DNA of 64,000 bases from an uncultured Candidatus Saccharibacteria bacterium (GTDB lineage: Bacteria > Patescibacteriota > Minisyncoccia > Phycocordibacterales > JAACPR01): the NCBI GenBank assembly GCA_964507955.1, contig CAZDRR010000001.1, forward strand, positions 344 to 64,343, given 5' to 3'. Shown piece after piece: positions 1 through 8,628 of this stretch (position 1 is its first letter; every line of letters starts with the position of its first letter). The notes beneath the pieces are model-generated. The model searched no databases and was not told the DNA's origin. It was given only the letters and a program-made list of their open reading frames with translations. The position numbers and the translations under genes are program-made.

Positions 1-46
1 GAACTCTCCAATCCAATTCAAAGGCACCGATTCAATCAGTGATATT

Positions 47-319
47 TTGTCTAACTTCGGCAAGATCAAGACGAACCGCACGCTGCGGTTTACTTTGAGC
101 ATCAAGCTTGATAGCAAGATGCAAGTGGTGAATGTTCCTATCATCCCGAACAAGGATGACAAGGCGAGCGCGATGGAATCCCTAACGGAAACCGAACGGG
201 CGGAATTTGAACGCCTGACAGCGAAACTTGATAGGGAAGCGAAACGCCTTGCTAGTCTAAGAATCGACGGCGCGACTCAAGAGCGATGGACTACACGCGG
301 CGAGTGCGAGCTTGTCTAA
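47..319 (+). CDS. hypothetical 90-aa protein in an atypically GC-rich segment
   Basis: Intact ORF with in-frame stop upstream at 41-43; about 50% GC against about 33% for the window; immediately followed by strong intrinsic terminator; no recognisable motif. Confidence 0.35.
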   Translation: MSNFGKIKTNRTLRFTLSIKLDSKMQVVNVPIIPNKDDKASAMESLTETERAEFERLTAKLDREAKRLASLRIDGATQERWTTRGECELV

Positions 320-332
320 CCGAATCTAACGG

Positions 333-367
333 CCCTCCCCGTCGGAAACGATGGGGAGGGTTTTTTT
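333..367 (+). terminator. rho-independent terminator (8-bp GC stem CCCTCCCC/GGGGAGGG, GAAA-containing loop, T7 tract)
   Basis: ccctccccgtcggaaacgatggggaggg followed by ttttttt directly after stop of ORF 47..319. Confidence 0.75.
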
Positions 368-630
368 AAAGGTTTGTTCTAACGGTTAGAAATTGAAAAA
401 CGGGCGGGGGTGGGTATTACTATGAACTACCACCTTCTCAACCATTCCACATAAATAAACAAACGAATACATCATCCATCAACCATCCCAACTAAAAACA
501 TCTTTCTTCTTGCTTATATCCCTACCTATATATATCAAGAAAAAAAAGAACCCATGGGGGTTTTCTGAAAATCCACCTTTAACAAACCAAAGCACCGAAT
601 CTCCGAGGCCTAAAAAAAAGGGGCCACCTA

Positions 631-900
631 TTATTTCTGGCACTCTTTGTCCCGAATACCATTTTTATAAGTGAATCCTCCCGTTTCTATGTCTATGGAG
701 AATTCTTTACAAATATCCAAAACAACCCACCTTGGAGCATCTGTTTTTGCTTCCCTCCATAAAGGAATATGCCCCGTTTTGAATTTTCGGTAATAGATTA
801 AACTAAAGCCCCTCTTAAATAATTCATTAAAAAAGATATCTTCAAGAAATGAATGCTCGCTTTCCGTAGCCCGCAAGGTGAAAAAACATCCTTCTTTCAT
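631..900 (-). CDS. hypothetical small protein (early-gene cassette)
   Basis: 89-aa ORF, start overlaps stop of upstream gene (ATGA), part of co-oriented tightly packed minus-strand array. Confidence 0.4.
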   Translation of the reverse strand: MKEGCFFTLRATESEHSFLEDIFFNELFKRGFSLIYYRKFKTGHIPLWREAKTDAPRWVVLDICKEFSIDIETGGFTYKNGIRDKECQK

Positions 901-1175
901 TTTTTATCTTCTCTAGGAGCGTAAAGTGTTGGAAAGTTTTCGGGCATCTTATGGATTTTTTTATAGTCCGTTTGTCCTATACTATCATTATATTGAATAA
1001 ATTGAACAATATAAGCGTAAGCATCCGCCAATCCCCTATCTCGGGATCTCATTATTTCAGGCCGAGAAACATCGTTGGCCCGAGAATCATTTTGTTGATA
1101 ATGATAAAGGGCGGCAAAATAAACATTCTCCAATAATTTTTTATGTGATAGTTTTTTCATGTTAAATCCTTCCAA
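897..1175 (-). CDS. hypothetical small protein
   Basis: 92-aa ORF in coupled minus-strand array. Confidence 0.4.
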   Translation of the reverse strand: MEGFNMKKLSHKKLLENVYFAALYHYQQNDSRANDVSRPEIMRSRDRGLADAYAYIVQFIQYNDSIGQTDYKKIHKMPENFPTLYAPREDKK

Positions 1176-1573
1176 GCCGTATTTCTCTGAACTCCTTCAC
1201 AATCACAAACATCATAAGAATAATCGGTATGATCGTGACCTGTGGCAATGTATTTTTGCATGATTGGTTTCTCGCAACAAGAACAAACCCAGCATCCATA
1301 CATTTTCCTTGTAGTAATGTTTATGCCCATTTCTTTCCAAACCGCCTTTGCTTCATGAAGCGCGGATGTTTTGACATTTCTATCATAATCCATCTCAAAA
1401 ATAGGAACTTCATTAGTGGCCCAAAAATTCTCAATTTCTTTTATTCTCCTATGGACATCTCTAACCTCAGATTCGTAATGTTCTTTTAAAGATTTCAGGC
1501 TGTCTTTTTGTCTTTGGATATCCTCTAAAATTCTTTTTTTTTGTTGGGGAGTTGTAGAAACTTTTATTTTCAT
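1157..1573 (-). CDS. hypothetical Cys-rich (putative zinc-binding) protein
   Basis: 138 aa; N-terminal coiled-coil-like basic region, C-terminal cluster GCWVCSCCEK...HDH...CDCEG consistent with metal binding. Confidence 0.45.
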   Translation of the reverse strand: MKIKVSTTPQQKKRILEDIQRQKDSLKSLKEHYESEVRDVHRRIKEIENFWATNEVPIFEMDYDRNVKTSALHEAKAVWKEMGINITTRKMYGCWVCSCCEKPIMQKYIATGHDHTDYSYDVCDCEGVQRNTAWKDLT

Positions 1574-1574
1574 T

Positions 1575-1808
1575 TTAAGCAGTTTTTTTGGTTGTTTCTT
1601 CTTTTACGAAAGGAATGATATTGTTTGGCTTAATCGAAATTTTGAAGTCAATAATTTCGGCAGGGGAAGCCGCCGAAAACATAAATTCACCATTCTCATT
1701 CATCAATCCCTCTATTTGCAAAAGTTTGGCCAGATTAATCAAAATCTCCACTACTTGAGCGGCCTTGTCTTCGGGAGAAAGTTCCACTACATCGTTATTT
1801 TCACTCAT
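1575..1808 (-). CDS. hypothetical small acidic protein
   Basis: 77-aa ORF; stop/start 1 nt from next gene. Confidence 0.4.
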   Translation of the reverse strand: MSENNDVVELSPEDKAAQVVEILINLAKLLQIEGLMNENGEFMFSAASPAEIIDFKISIKPNNIIPFVKEETTKKTA

Positions 1809-1849
1809 ACCTTCTTATATTCGACCCCTAGAGAAAGTCAAGAATTTTT

Positions 1850-2314
1850 TCAATCAAAAAGCAATGATCCAATATCCACCCCAAAAGAATACAAGGAAGT
1901 AAAAACAAAATCTTCTTTTCTCAGAATGGCTTTAAAAATATCATCGCAATCTCTTCTTGATAAAGGAAAATCATCTTTTTTGTGAAATTGTAGTAGCGCA
2001 TCATGGGCTAAGGAAGCAAAAATAGTGGCCTTGAAATCTGGCGCTCCAAACCACAAACCGAAAATACAATATTTTGGAGTGCATCCATCCCATTGATAAC
2101 CCTTGTGAACGATCATTTCATATGCTTTAAGGGTCAGGAGAGGATTACCGTGTTTGTCGCGATAAACAATTTTATTTCCTATTGGCAATATTAATTCAGA
2201 GCTTTTAAAAGAAATGTCGCATAATGTTTCAAAACGATATTTAAAGAAAATATCCTTTGGATCACAATATTTAAAATTCTGATTTACTACTGGAGATGGA
2301 CATAGAACGTTCAT
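1850..2314 (-). CDS. hypothetical protein
   Basis: 154-aa ORF; start overlaps preceding gene (ATGA at 2311-2314). Confidence 0.4.
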   Translation of the reverse strand: MNVLCPSPVVNQNFKYCDPKDIFFKYRFETLCDISFKSSELILPIGNKIVYRDKHGNPLLTLKAYEMIVHKGYQWDGCTPKYCIFGLWFGAPDFKATIFASLAHDALLQFHKKDDFPLSRRDCDDIFKAILRKEDFVFTSLYSFGVDIGSLLFD

Positions 2315-2595
2315 GATTCGGTATATTTTCTAATTCCCATAATAACATGATCCGCAATCCAGCAAGCGGCTGCAACAGCAAATCCAAATTCCAATGCTTT
2401 GTCAAGCGATAAATCGCGAATAACCCAATTAATCCAGAATCCAATATGGAACCCCAAACATAAAGAGCAAGAAAACAATTTTTTGAAAAAGTCTATTCGC
2501 GACAAGAATTCTCTTATTTCTTTCAGGATGCTTCCATATCGCAGGACAAAGCATAGCCCGATATAAAACAGATATTCTTGTATGAACGCTTCCAT
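2311..2595 (-). CDS. hypothetical small membrane protein with CxxC pair
   Basis: 94 aa; two hydrophobic segments, CSLC motif. Confidence 0.4.
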   Translation of the reverse strand: MEAFIQEYLFYIGLCFVLRYGSILKEIREFLSRIDFFKKLFSCSLCLGFHIGFWINWVIRDLSLDKALEFGFAVAAACWIADHVIMGIRKYTES

Positions 2596-2774
2596 TATTT
2601 TTGTTGAATTTTAATTAGAGCTTCTGGCAAAAACGCGGCTTGTTCTGGAGTTAAAACAGCTACTCCTCCAAAATCATCCACAATTTTAATAAAACCATTT
2701 TCCTCTACGGAAATGACTGGACAATTACCTGAACAACATATGGAAACTGCGGTTTCTGAAATTTTTTTAATCAT
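2595..2774 (-). CDS. unlisted 59-aa ORF (MIKKISETAVSICCSGNCPVISVEENGFIKIVDDFGGVAVLTPEQAAFLPEALIKIQQK)
   Basis: Found by hand translation of the reverse strand; below the 60-aa track cutoff; stop overlaps start of 2311..2595 (TAATG); CCSGNC motif; first gene of the minus-strand cassette next to the divergent promoter region. Confidence 0.3.
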   Translation of the reverse strand: MIKKISETAVSICCSGNCPVISVEENGFIKIVDDFGGVAVLTPEQAAFLPEALIKIQQK

Positions 2775-2858
2775 ATTGATGATTACACTTTAATTTTAGT
2801 CGAAATAATTTAGAATTTTACTGATAAGTAAATTATCTATAAAGTGTAAAAATAACAG

Positions 2859-3614
2859 ATGCAATCTACTTCTTCCCGTCCAAAAAAGGGCGCAATCAAA
2901 AATGATATCGAGTCTTCGTTAGAAGCAAATTTCAAAGAGTTCGATTTTAAACTAAAGAAAAGGGAATTCAAGTTTACAGACAAGCAAAAATCCTTGATAG
3001 AATTGATCAATAGAGAAGGAACAAAAATTGTCCTTATTGAAGGCCCCGCAGGAACATCCAAATCCATCATTGGAGTATATTGTGGTCTGATGCAGTTGAA
3101 GGAGAAGCGAGTAACCAACATTATGTATCTTAGATCTGTTGTTGAAAGCGCACAAAAATCAATGGGATATCTCCCAGGTTCGTCCGACGAAAAATTATCA
3201 TTCTTTACGGCAATTGTAGATGATAAATTATCTGAACTTGTGGAACCTCAAGATATCAGCGGCTTTCATGCCAAGAAAAAACTTGAGACGATGCCCCTCA
3301 ATTATATCCGTGGGTGTAGTTGGAGAAAACAATTCATTCTTGCTGACGAAGCGCAAAACTATAATCTAAAGGAACTATTAAGCACCATGACTCGTATTGG
3401 GGAAGGAAGTGTTATGGTTATCTGTGGTGATAGAACCCAATCTGATATCAATAACAGCGGATTTGGGCAAGTTATCGAGATTTTCGACAACGATGAGGCT
3501 CGTTCAATGGGCATTCATACTTTTCAATTTACAGAAGACGATATTGTTCGTTCAGAAATTGTTAAATTTATTGTAAAAATGTTTAAAAGTGTGGAAAAAA
3601 AAGAAAAAGTGTAG
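2859..3614 (+). CDS. phoH: PhoH-like ATPase
   Basis: Walker A LIEGPAGTSKS, Walker B ILADEAQN, and PhoH-type VICGDRTQSD motif; 251 aa typical of phage PhoH. Confidence 0.85.
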   Translation: MQSTSSRPKKGAIKNDIESSLEANFKEFDFKLKKREFKFTDKQKSLIELINREGTKIVLIEGPAGTSKSIIGVYCGLMQLKEKRVTNIMYLRSVVESAQKSMGYLPGSSDEKLSFFTAIVDDKLSELVEPQDISGFHAKKKLETMPLNYIRGCSWRKQFILADEAQNYNLKELLSTMTRIGEGSVMVICGDRTQSDINNSGFGQVIEIFDNDEARSMGIHTFQFTEDDIVRSEIVKFIVKMFKSVEKKEKV

Positions 3615-3657
3615 ATTATTAGTGTATGGATGCAACAATCCTGCGTAATAATCTACT

Positions 3658-4038
3658 ATGAATAAAGAATTCTGTATGTCGTGTGGCCACAAAAATCTCT
3701 TTGAGATTAATAGGCCGAAATTCTGTGCTGGATGTGGATCGCCATTGAATACAAGTTTGGCGTCCATTACTAAAAGTAATTCTCCTTCCAAACAATCGTC
3801 TGATGATGAAGACTCTTTGGAAGAATTCGATTTGGAAAGTATTGATATCAATGCTATGCGCAATGGTATTCAGTTTGAAGGATTAGGTCGCAAAGTTTCT
3901 TTGGATGATCTGTGGCGTTCTCCAGCACCAAGCGATGGCACCCGCCGTCCACCAGCAAAAGGACCAGAAGGCAAGGAATTGCTGAAAGTCGTGCAAACAG
4001 AATGCGGTCCATCCAAATCAAGAGATATTGATGAGTAA
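3658..4038 (+). CDS. zinc-ribbon protein (CxxC...CxxC) with acidic/Ser-rich tail
   Basis: N-terminal CMSCGH...CAGCGSP four-Cys ribbon; low-complexity C-terminus. Confidence 0.45.
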   Translation: MNKEFCMSCGHKNLFEINRPKFCAGCGSPLNTSLASITKSNSPSKQSSDDEDSLEEFDLESIDINAMRNGIQFEGLGRKVSLDDLWRSPAPSDGTRRPPAKGPEGKELLKVVQTECGPSKSRDIDE

Positions 4039-4711
4039 TTTCAAATTTGAAGATAAAATAGATGATATCAATGATTTGCTATCCCGATATAGGGCTAAAT
4101 GGCAATTGAATGCCATTGCGTGGATGGATTATGATGATGTGTGTCAAATAATCCGTCTTCATTTTTATAATAAATGGCATTTGTGGAATCAGGATATGCC
4201 ATTCAAACCTTGGGCGTCAATGGTAATATCCAACCAGATGAAAAATATCGGTAGGAACAATTATTCCAACTTTGCCAAACCTTGTTTGAAATGTCCGCAT
4301 TTTCTTGGCAATGATGGTTGTGGGTGGACTAAAAGTGGAGTTCAGGATGAGGAATGCCCAGCAATGAAAAAATGGAAAGCTAAAAAAGAAAAAGTATATA
4401 ACCTGAAATTACCCCTTCCAATAGAAGAAGGGATCTTTATCGGACAAACTCATAAAGATGATCATTTCGACTATTCTTCTTCTGTGGATAGGCTACACGC
4501 TTCCATCATGGCGAAATTGAATGACAAGCACAAAATTATTTATGAAATGATTTATATTCATGGTAATACTGATGAGGAAATTGCGGAAAGATTCAAATTT
4601 AAATCTGATCCATCCAAACGCAAGCGCACACGTTATAAGCAAATAGCAAATCTAAAAAAGAAATTTTACGAATTGGCTGCAAAAATTTTAGAAGAGGAGG
4701 ATATCATATGA
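4028..4711 (+). CDS. hypothetical Cys/His-rich protein, possibly a divergent sigma-like or DNA-binding regulator
   Basis: CLKCPHFLGNDGCGW...ECP cluster; C-terminal segment EEIAERFKFKSDPSKRKRTRYKQIANLKKKFYEL resembles a sigma-70 region-4 style HTH; weak. Confidence 0.3.
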   Translation: MMSNFKFEDKIDDINDLLSRYRAKWQLNAIAWMDYDDVCQIIRLHFYNKWHLWNQDMPFKPWASMVISNQMKNIGRNNYSNFAKPCLKCPHFLGNDGCGWTKSGVQDEECPAMKKWKAKKEKVYNLKLPLPIEEGIFIGQTHKDDHFDYSSSVDRLHASIMAKLNDKHKIIYEMIYIHGNTDEEIAERFKFKSDPSKRKRTRYKQIANLKKKFYELAAKILEEEDII

Positions 4712-5772
4712 ATGAGGAATTCCAATTAACGGATGAACAAAAAGCTCAAATTCTGGAAGAGTTCAAAAAAAATCCAGATTTAAGAACTGTTGTCCAAGCC
4801 GTTTTCAATAATCCTGCCATAGATGGCCGTAGTGTTCAAGGTAGGGCCGTAAGATCATTTTTGGCAGAACAAAATAGACCCTATAAAACATCTCTTTTTG
4901 AACGTGCGGATTATGTTGAATTCACTTCCGAACAGAAAGAGTTCATGATGAGCAATAATGTTGAGGCGGGAATGAATGCCTTGGAAGTTGCTCGTTTGAC
5001 TTTCAAAGATAATAACATCGCTTCTTTAAGCCTTAAACATAGGGCTGTTTCTGAATTCTTGACGAAATACCGTCCAGAGATATTGGACGAAAATACAATG
5101 CTTGCTACGGAAAAATGGATAGCCCCAAAAGCTTTGTCAAGAGCTATAAAAAAAGTAAATGATTTTACTGGTAGCGAATGGGATGAACTAACCATGCCTA
5201 CCAAAATAAAAAGAAACTGCGAAAAGCTTTTGATTTATTTAAGAAGCCCTAGATTTTGTAGTTTAATCAATCAATTCAATACTGTCGCGGACAGGGAATT
5301 GTTTGAAAGCGAATTTGTCAGAGTTGTTTGGGATAAGGCTGATTTGACAAACGATGAATTAAATCTATACATTACTGTTTGTGCGAACTATATACGACAA
5401 AAAAATATCCAGTCCAGATTGGATAAATTGAATGCTTTATTGGAAGATGCGGAAAATGAACGTGATATTACTCTTCGATTGACTGAAATCATCAAGGCAA
5501 CCAGCGAAGAATTGAACCAGTGTGAAAAACGTATTGAGTCAATGTTGAAAGATCTAAACGGAAGTCGCACCAACCGTTTAAAAGCTCAAGGGGAACAAAA
5601 CTCCAATATTTTAGCTCTCGTTCAAGCATTTCAAGATGCGGAAGAACGTAGTCGTATGCAAAAAATGGCACAAATGCAAAATAGTTTAATTGAAAAAGAG
5701 TCGAATCGTTTAGAATCTATGGATGAGTTCAAGGCCAGAATCCTTGGAATAACGAAACGAGAATTATTATGA
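4708..5772 (+). CDS. hypothetical protein with long C-terminal coiled coil
   Basis: 354 aa; SD GAGGAGG upstream; heptad-rich Q/E/K/L C-terminal half; start overlaps upstream stop. Confidence 0.4.
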   Translation: MNEEFQLTDEQKAQILEEFKKNPDLRTVVQAVFNNPAIDGRSVQGRAVRSFLAEQNRPYKTSLFERADYVEFTSEQKEFMMSNNVEAGMNALEVARLTFKDNNIASLSLKHRAVSEFLTKYRPEILDENTMLATEKWIAPKALSRAIKKVNDFTGSEWDELTMPTKIKRNCEKLLIYLRSPRFCSLINQFNTVADRELFESEFVRVVWDKADLTNDELNLYITVCANYIRQKNIQSRLDKLNALLEDAENERDITLRLTEIIKATSEELNQCEKRIESMLKDLNGSRTNRLKAQGEQNSNILALVQAFQDAEERSRMQKMAQMQNSLIEKESNRLESMDEFKARILGITKRELL

Positions 5773-6710
5773 GCAATGTTTGTTTGGAATGCGGCAAGGA
5801 TTTTCCTTCTTTAAGGGCTTTACATGGGCATCTTAAAGCTCACGAAACATGCATCGGGGATTATTATGTAAAAAATTTCCAAAGAAGGGATTTGCTCACA
5901 AAAGATCTTCTCCAATTCACTAATTATGATAAATATTTCAATGAAGATTTTTCTTCTTACGAGAATTATTTGAATTGGATTAGAACCGCTCCACAACAAA
6001 CAGTCAAGGAATATATTGTCAAAAAAGCTAAAACCAAATTTGTTGAAAAAAATATACGAAAAGCCCCTCCAGACCTTTATTATAAATTAGGCAAAATGGC
6101 TGGAGTAAATGAATTGAATGTCCATTTTGGCAATTACGAAAATTTTTTGTCGGAAATTGGATTGGAGAATCATTTTAATAAAATGCTTCCAGATGAATTT
6201 TGGGAAACGAACTGTGCGGATATTCCAATCTGGATTGATACCAGAGAACAAAACCCCATTCATTTCCACAATGGTTTTTTTCATAAATTGGATTTCGGGG
6301 ATTATACAACTAATGGTAAATTATATTCAAAAACATTCATAGATAGAAAGGCACAAGATGATTTTAGAGGAACATTTGGAAAAGGTATCGACAGGTTTAA
6401 GAAAGAAATGGATCGTTGTAAGGATTTTGGCTCTTACATGTTTGTTGTGGTCGAATCTAGCATCAATAAAATCGAAGAAGACAACCGATCTTCGCGATTT
6501 AAAAGTAATCTGGAATTTGCATGGCACAATGTCAGGGAATTGATGTTGGATTATCCAGATAATATACAGTTTATTTTCGCGCACTCCCGCGAGGGAGCTA
6601 AAAAGATCATTCCTAAAATTCTGTATTATGGTAGGGATTTATGGAATGTTGACCTGCAATTTTTCTTAACAAAACGAATTAATGAGTTGGCACAAAGGAA
6701 TTCAAAATGA
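5769..6710 (+). CDS. C2H2 zinc finger fused to ERCC4/XPF-type nuclease domain
   Basis: N-terminal CLECGKDFPSLRALHGHLKAH (C-x2-C-x12-H-x3-H); central WIDTRE...LDFGDY...IDRKAQDDF matching the ERCC4 signature (V/IDxRE, GDY, ERKxxxD); overlaps start of terminase gene. Confidence 0.5.
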   Translation: MSNVCLECGKDFPSLRALHGHLKAHETCIGDYYVKNFQRRDLLTKDLLQFTNYDKYFNEDFSSYENYLNWIRTAPQQTVKEYIVKKAKTKFVEKNIRKAPPDLYYKLGKMAGVNELNVHFGNYENFLSEIGLENHFNKMLPDEFWETNCADIPIWIDTREQNPIHFHNGFFHKLDFGDYTTNGKLYSKTFIDRKAQDDFRGTFGKGIDRFKKEMDRCKDFGSYMFVVVESSINKIEEDNRSSRFKSNLEFAWHNVRELMLDYPDNIQFIFAHSREGAKKIIPKILYYGRDLWNVDLQFFLTKRINELAQRNSK

Positions 6711-8577
6711 ACGCCTAGAGTTCTCATCCGCAGAGTTGGATAAAGAACTTGAAAAGTATGATGGCAAGCATATGTCGGAAGAAGATGCCAAATATTGGCT
6801 ATATCGTTTCTTGCGCAATAATGTAACTTATTCTGCCGAACTGTTCTTGGGCGTTAAATTATTCCCGTTCCAATCCATGGCAATCAAAGGAATGTTGATT
6901 TCCGATTATTCCATGTTTGTTTTTTCCCGTGGTATGTCCAAGACTTATTCTACGGCTATTTATATTTTAATGGAGTGTTTGCTTCACCCGAAAGCCAATA
7001 TTGGCGTTATCGCGGGATCATTCCGTCAGGCGAAGATGATTTTCCTAAAAATGGAAGATATTTTATCGAAACCAGAAGCAAAATTAGCTAGAGATTGTGG
7101 TTTCAAAATCACAAAAGGAACAGACATGTGGACTTTGGAACTAGGTAATAGTAAGGCTATTGCTTTACCTTTGGCTAATGGAGAACGTCTTCGTGGTTTC
7201 CGTTTTAATAGGATCGTTCTTGACGAGTTCATCACTATTCCAGAAAAGATCTTTACCGAAGTTATTCTTCCTTTCATTGGTGTTATCGAAAACCCTACGG
7301 AAAGAGAAGATTTGTATAATTTGGAAAGTCAGTTGATTGATGCGGGTGGAATGACGGAAAATGACCGTTATGTTTGGCCAAATAACAAATTAATCATTCT
7401 TTCTTCTCCCTCTTATAAATTTGAATACATGTATAAATTGTATAAAAAATATGAGGCTTTAATTTTTGGAGAGGACGCTTCTCAAGAGGATGATGATGAA
7501 GATACTGTGGATAATGCTTATCGGCTTATCATGCAATTAAGTTATGAGTGCGCTCCAGTAAGATTATATGACCAAAACTTGCTCAAGCAAGCTAAAGCAA
7601 CAATGTCCGAAATGCAATATGCAAGAGAGTTCGGGGCGCAGTTTGTTGATGAAAGTGATGGTTATTATAGATTGTCTAAAATGTCTGCCTGCACGATTCC
7701 AGAAGGGGAAAAACCTCATGTGGAAATTGTAGGCAATCCAAAAGATGAATATACTCTTTCTTTTGACCCTAACTGGGCTGGAAATAGCAGCGCCGACCAT
7801 TTCGCAATGCATGTTTTCAAGCTTTTAAGAGATGAACAAAAAGCCGTTCTAGTTCATAGTTATGCTATAGCTGGAGTGGATTTGAAACTACATATGTTTT
7901 ATTTCTTATATCTATTGACTCACTTCAATATTGTTGGAATGTGTGGTGACTATAACGGTGGGCTTCAATTCATCAATTCCTGCAATGAAAGCGAAATCTT
8001 TAAAAAGGCAGGAATTAATATTAAATTAATAGAAGTAGATTTGGACAAGCCAGAAGTCTATCATGATGATCTTTTAGAAATGAAGAATCAATATAATTTG
8101 AAAGATCGTCGTATTTGTATCTTGCGCAAACCAACTTCCAATTGGATCAGAATTGGCAACGAAATGCTTCAAGCCGCAATTGATCATAAACACATCTTAT
8201 TCGCATCAAGGGCTGTGGAAGAGGATTTTGATATCCAAAGGAAACAACATTTGCCAATCGAACAATTAAAATGGGATCTTGGGGTGCCGAAATCATCTCC
8301 AGATAGTCTGAAAATTGATTTTCTTGATCACCAAAAAACAATTATTGAATTAACAAAAACCGAATGTGCGAATATCGAAGTTGTCTCCAATCCTCAAGGT
8401 AGCCAATCTTTCCAATTGCCTCAAAATTTAAAAAGACAAACTGGACCTAATCGCGCCCGCAAGGACTCTTATTCAGCATTGGTCTTGGGTAACTGGTTCA
8501 ATAAGGTATTCTTTGATATGGGTAAGGTCAAGGCAGAAAAGCCACCAACAGCAACGTTTATTCCATTTACAATCTGA
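6682..8577 (+). CDS. terminase large subunit
   Basis: 631 aa; Walker A-like FSRGMSKTYS, Walker B IVLDEF, C-terminal acidic nuclease-like region; position before portal-size gene. Confidence 0.8.
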   Translation: MSWHKGIQNERLEFSSAELDKELEKYDGKHMSEEDAKYWLYRFLRNNVTYSAELFLGVKLFPFQSMAIKGMLISDYSMFVFSRGMSKTYSTAIYILMECLLHPKANIGVIAGSFRQAKMIFLKMEDILSKPEAKLARDCGFKITKGTDMWTLELGNSKAIALPLANGERLRGFRFNRIVLDEFITIPEKIFTEVILPFIGVIENPTEREDLYNLESQLIDAGGMTENDRYVWPNNKLIILSSPSYKFEYMYKLYKKYEALIFGEDASQEDDDEDTVDNAYRLIMQLSYECAPVRLYDQNLLKQAKATMSEMQYAREFGAQFVDESDGYYRLSKMSACTIPEGEKPHVEIVGNPKDEYTLSFDPNWAGNSSADHFAMHVFKLLRDEQKAVLVHSYAIAGVDLKLHMFYFLYLLTHFNIVGMCGDYNGGLQFINSCNESEIFKKAGINIKLIEVDLDKPEVYHDDLLEMKNQYNLKDRRICILRKPTSNWIRIGNEMLQAAIDHKHILFASRAVEEDFDIQRKQHLPIEQLKWDLGVPKSSPDSLKIDFLDHQKTIIELTKTECANIEVVSNPQGSQSFQLPQNLKRQTGPNRARKDSYSALVLGNWFNKVFFDMGKVKAEKPPTATFIPFTI

Positions 8578-8628
8578 AATTGAAAGTTGAAAAGTGACTT
8601 TTGAAAGTTTTAGTGTAACTTTTAAAGC

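Noticed and set aside
951-1489. Small + strand ORFs (951..1136, 1229..1489) within the minus-strand early cassette
   Set aside because: Antisense to a tightly coupled minus-strand operon; hydrophobic low-complexity translations typical of AT-rich antisense frames.
8578-8628. Palindrome-like gaaagtt/aactttt repeats between terminase and portal as a pac/cos site
   Set aside because: The repeats are short, imperfect and in an AT-rich spacer; they cannot be distinguished from chance.
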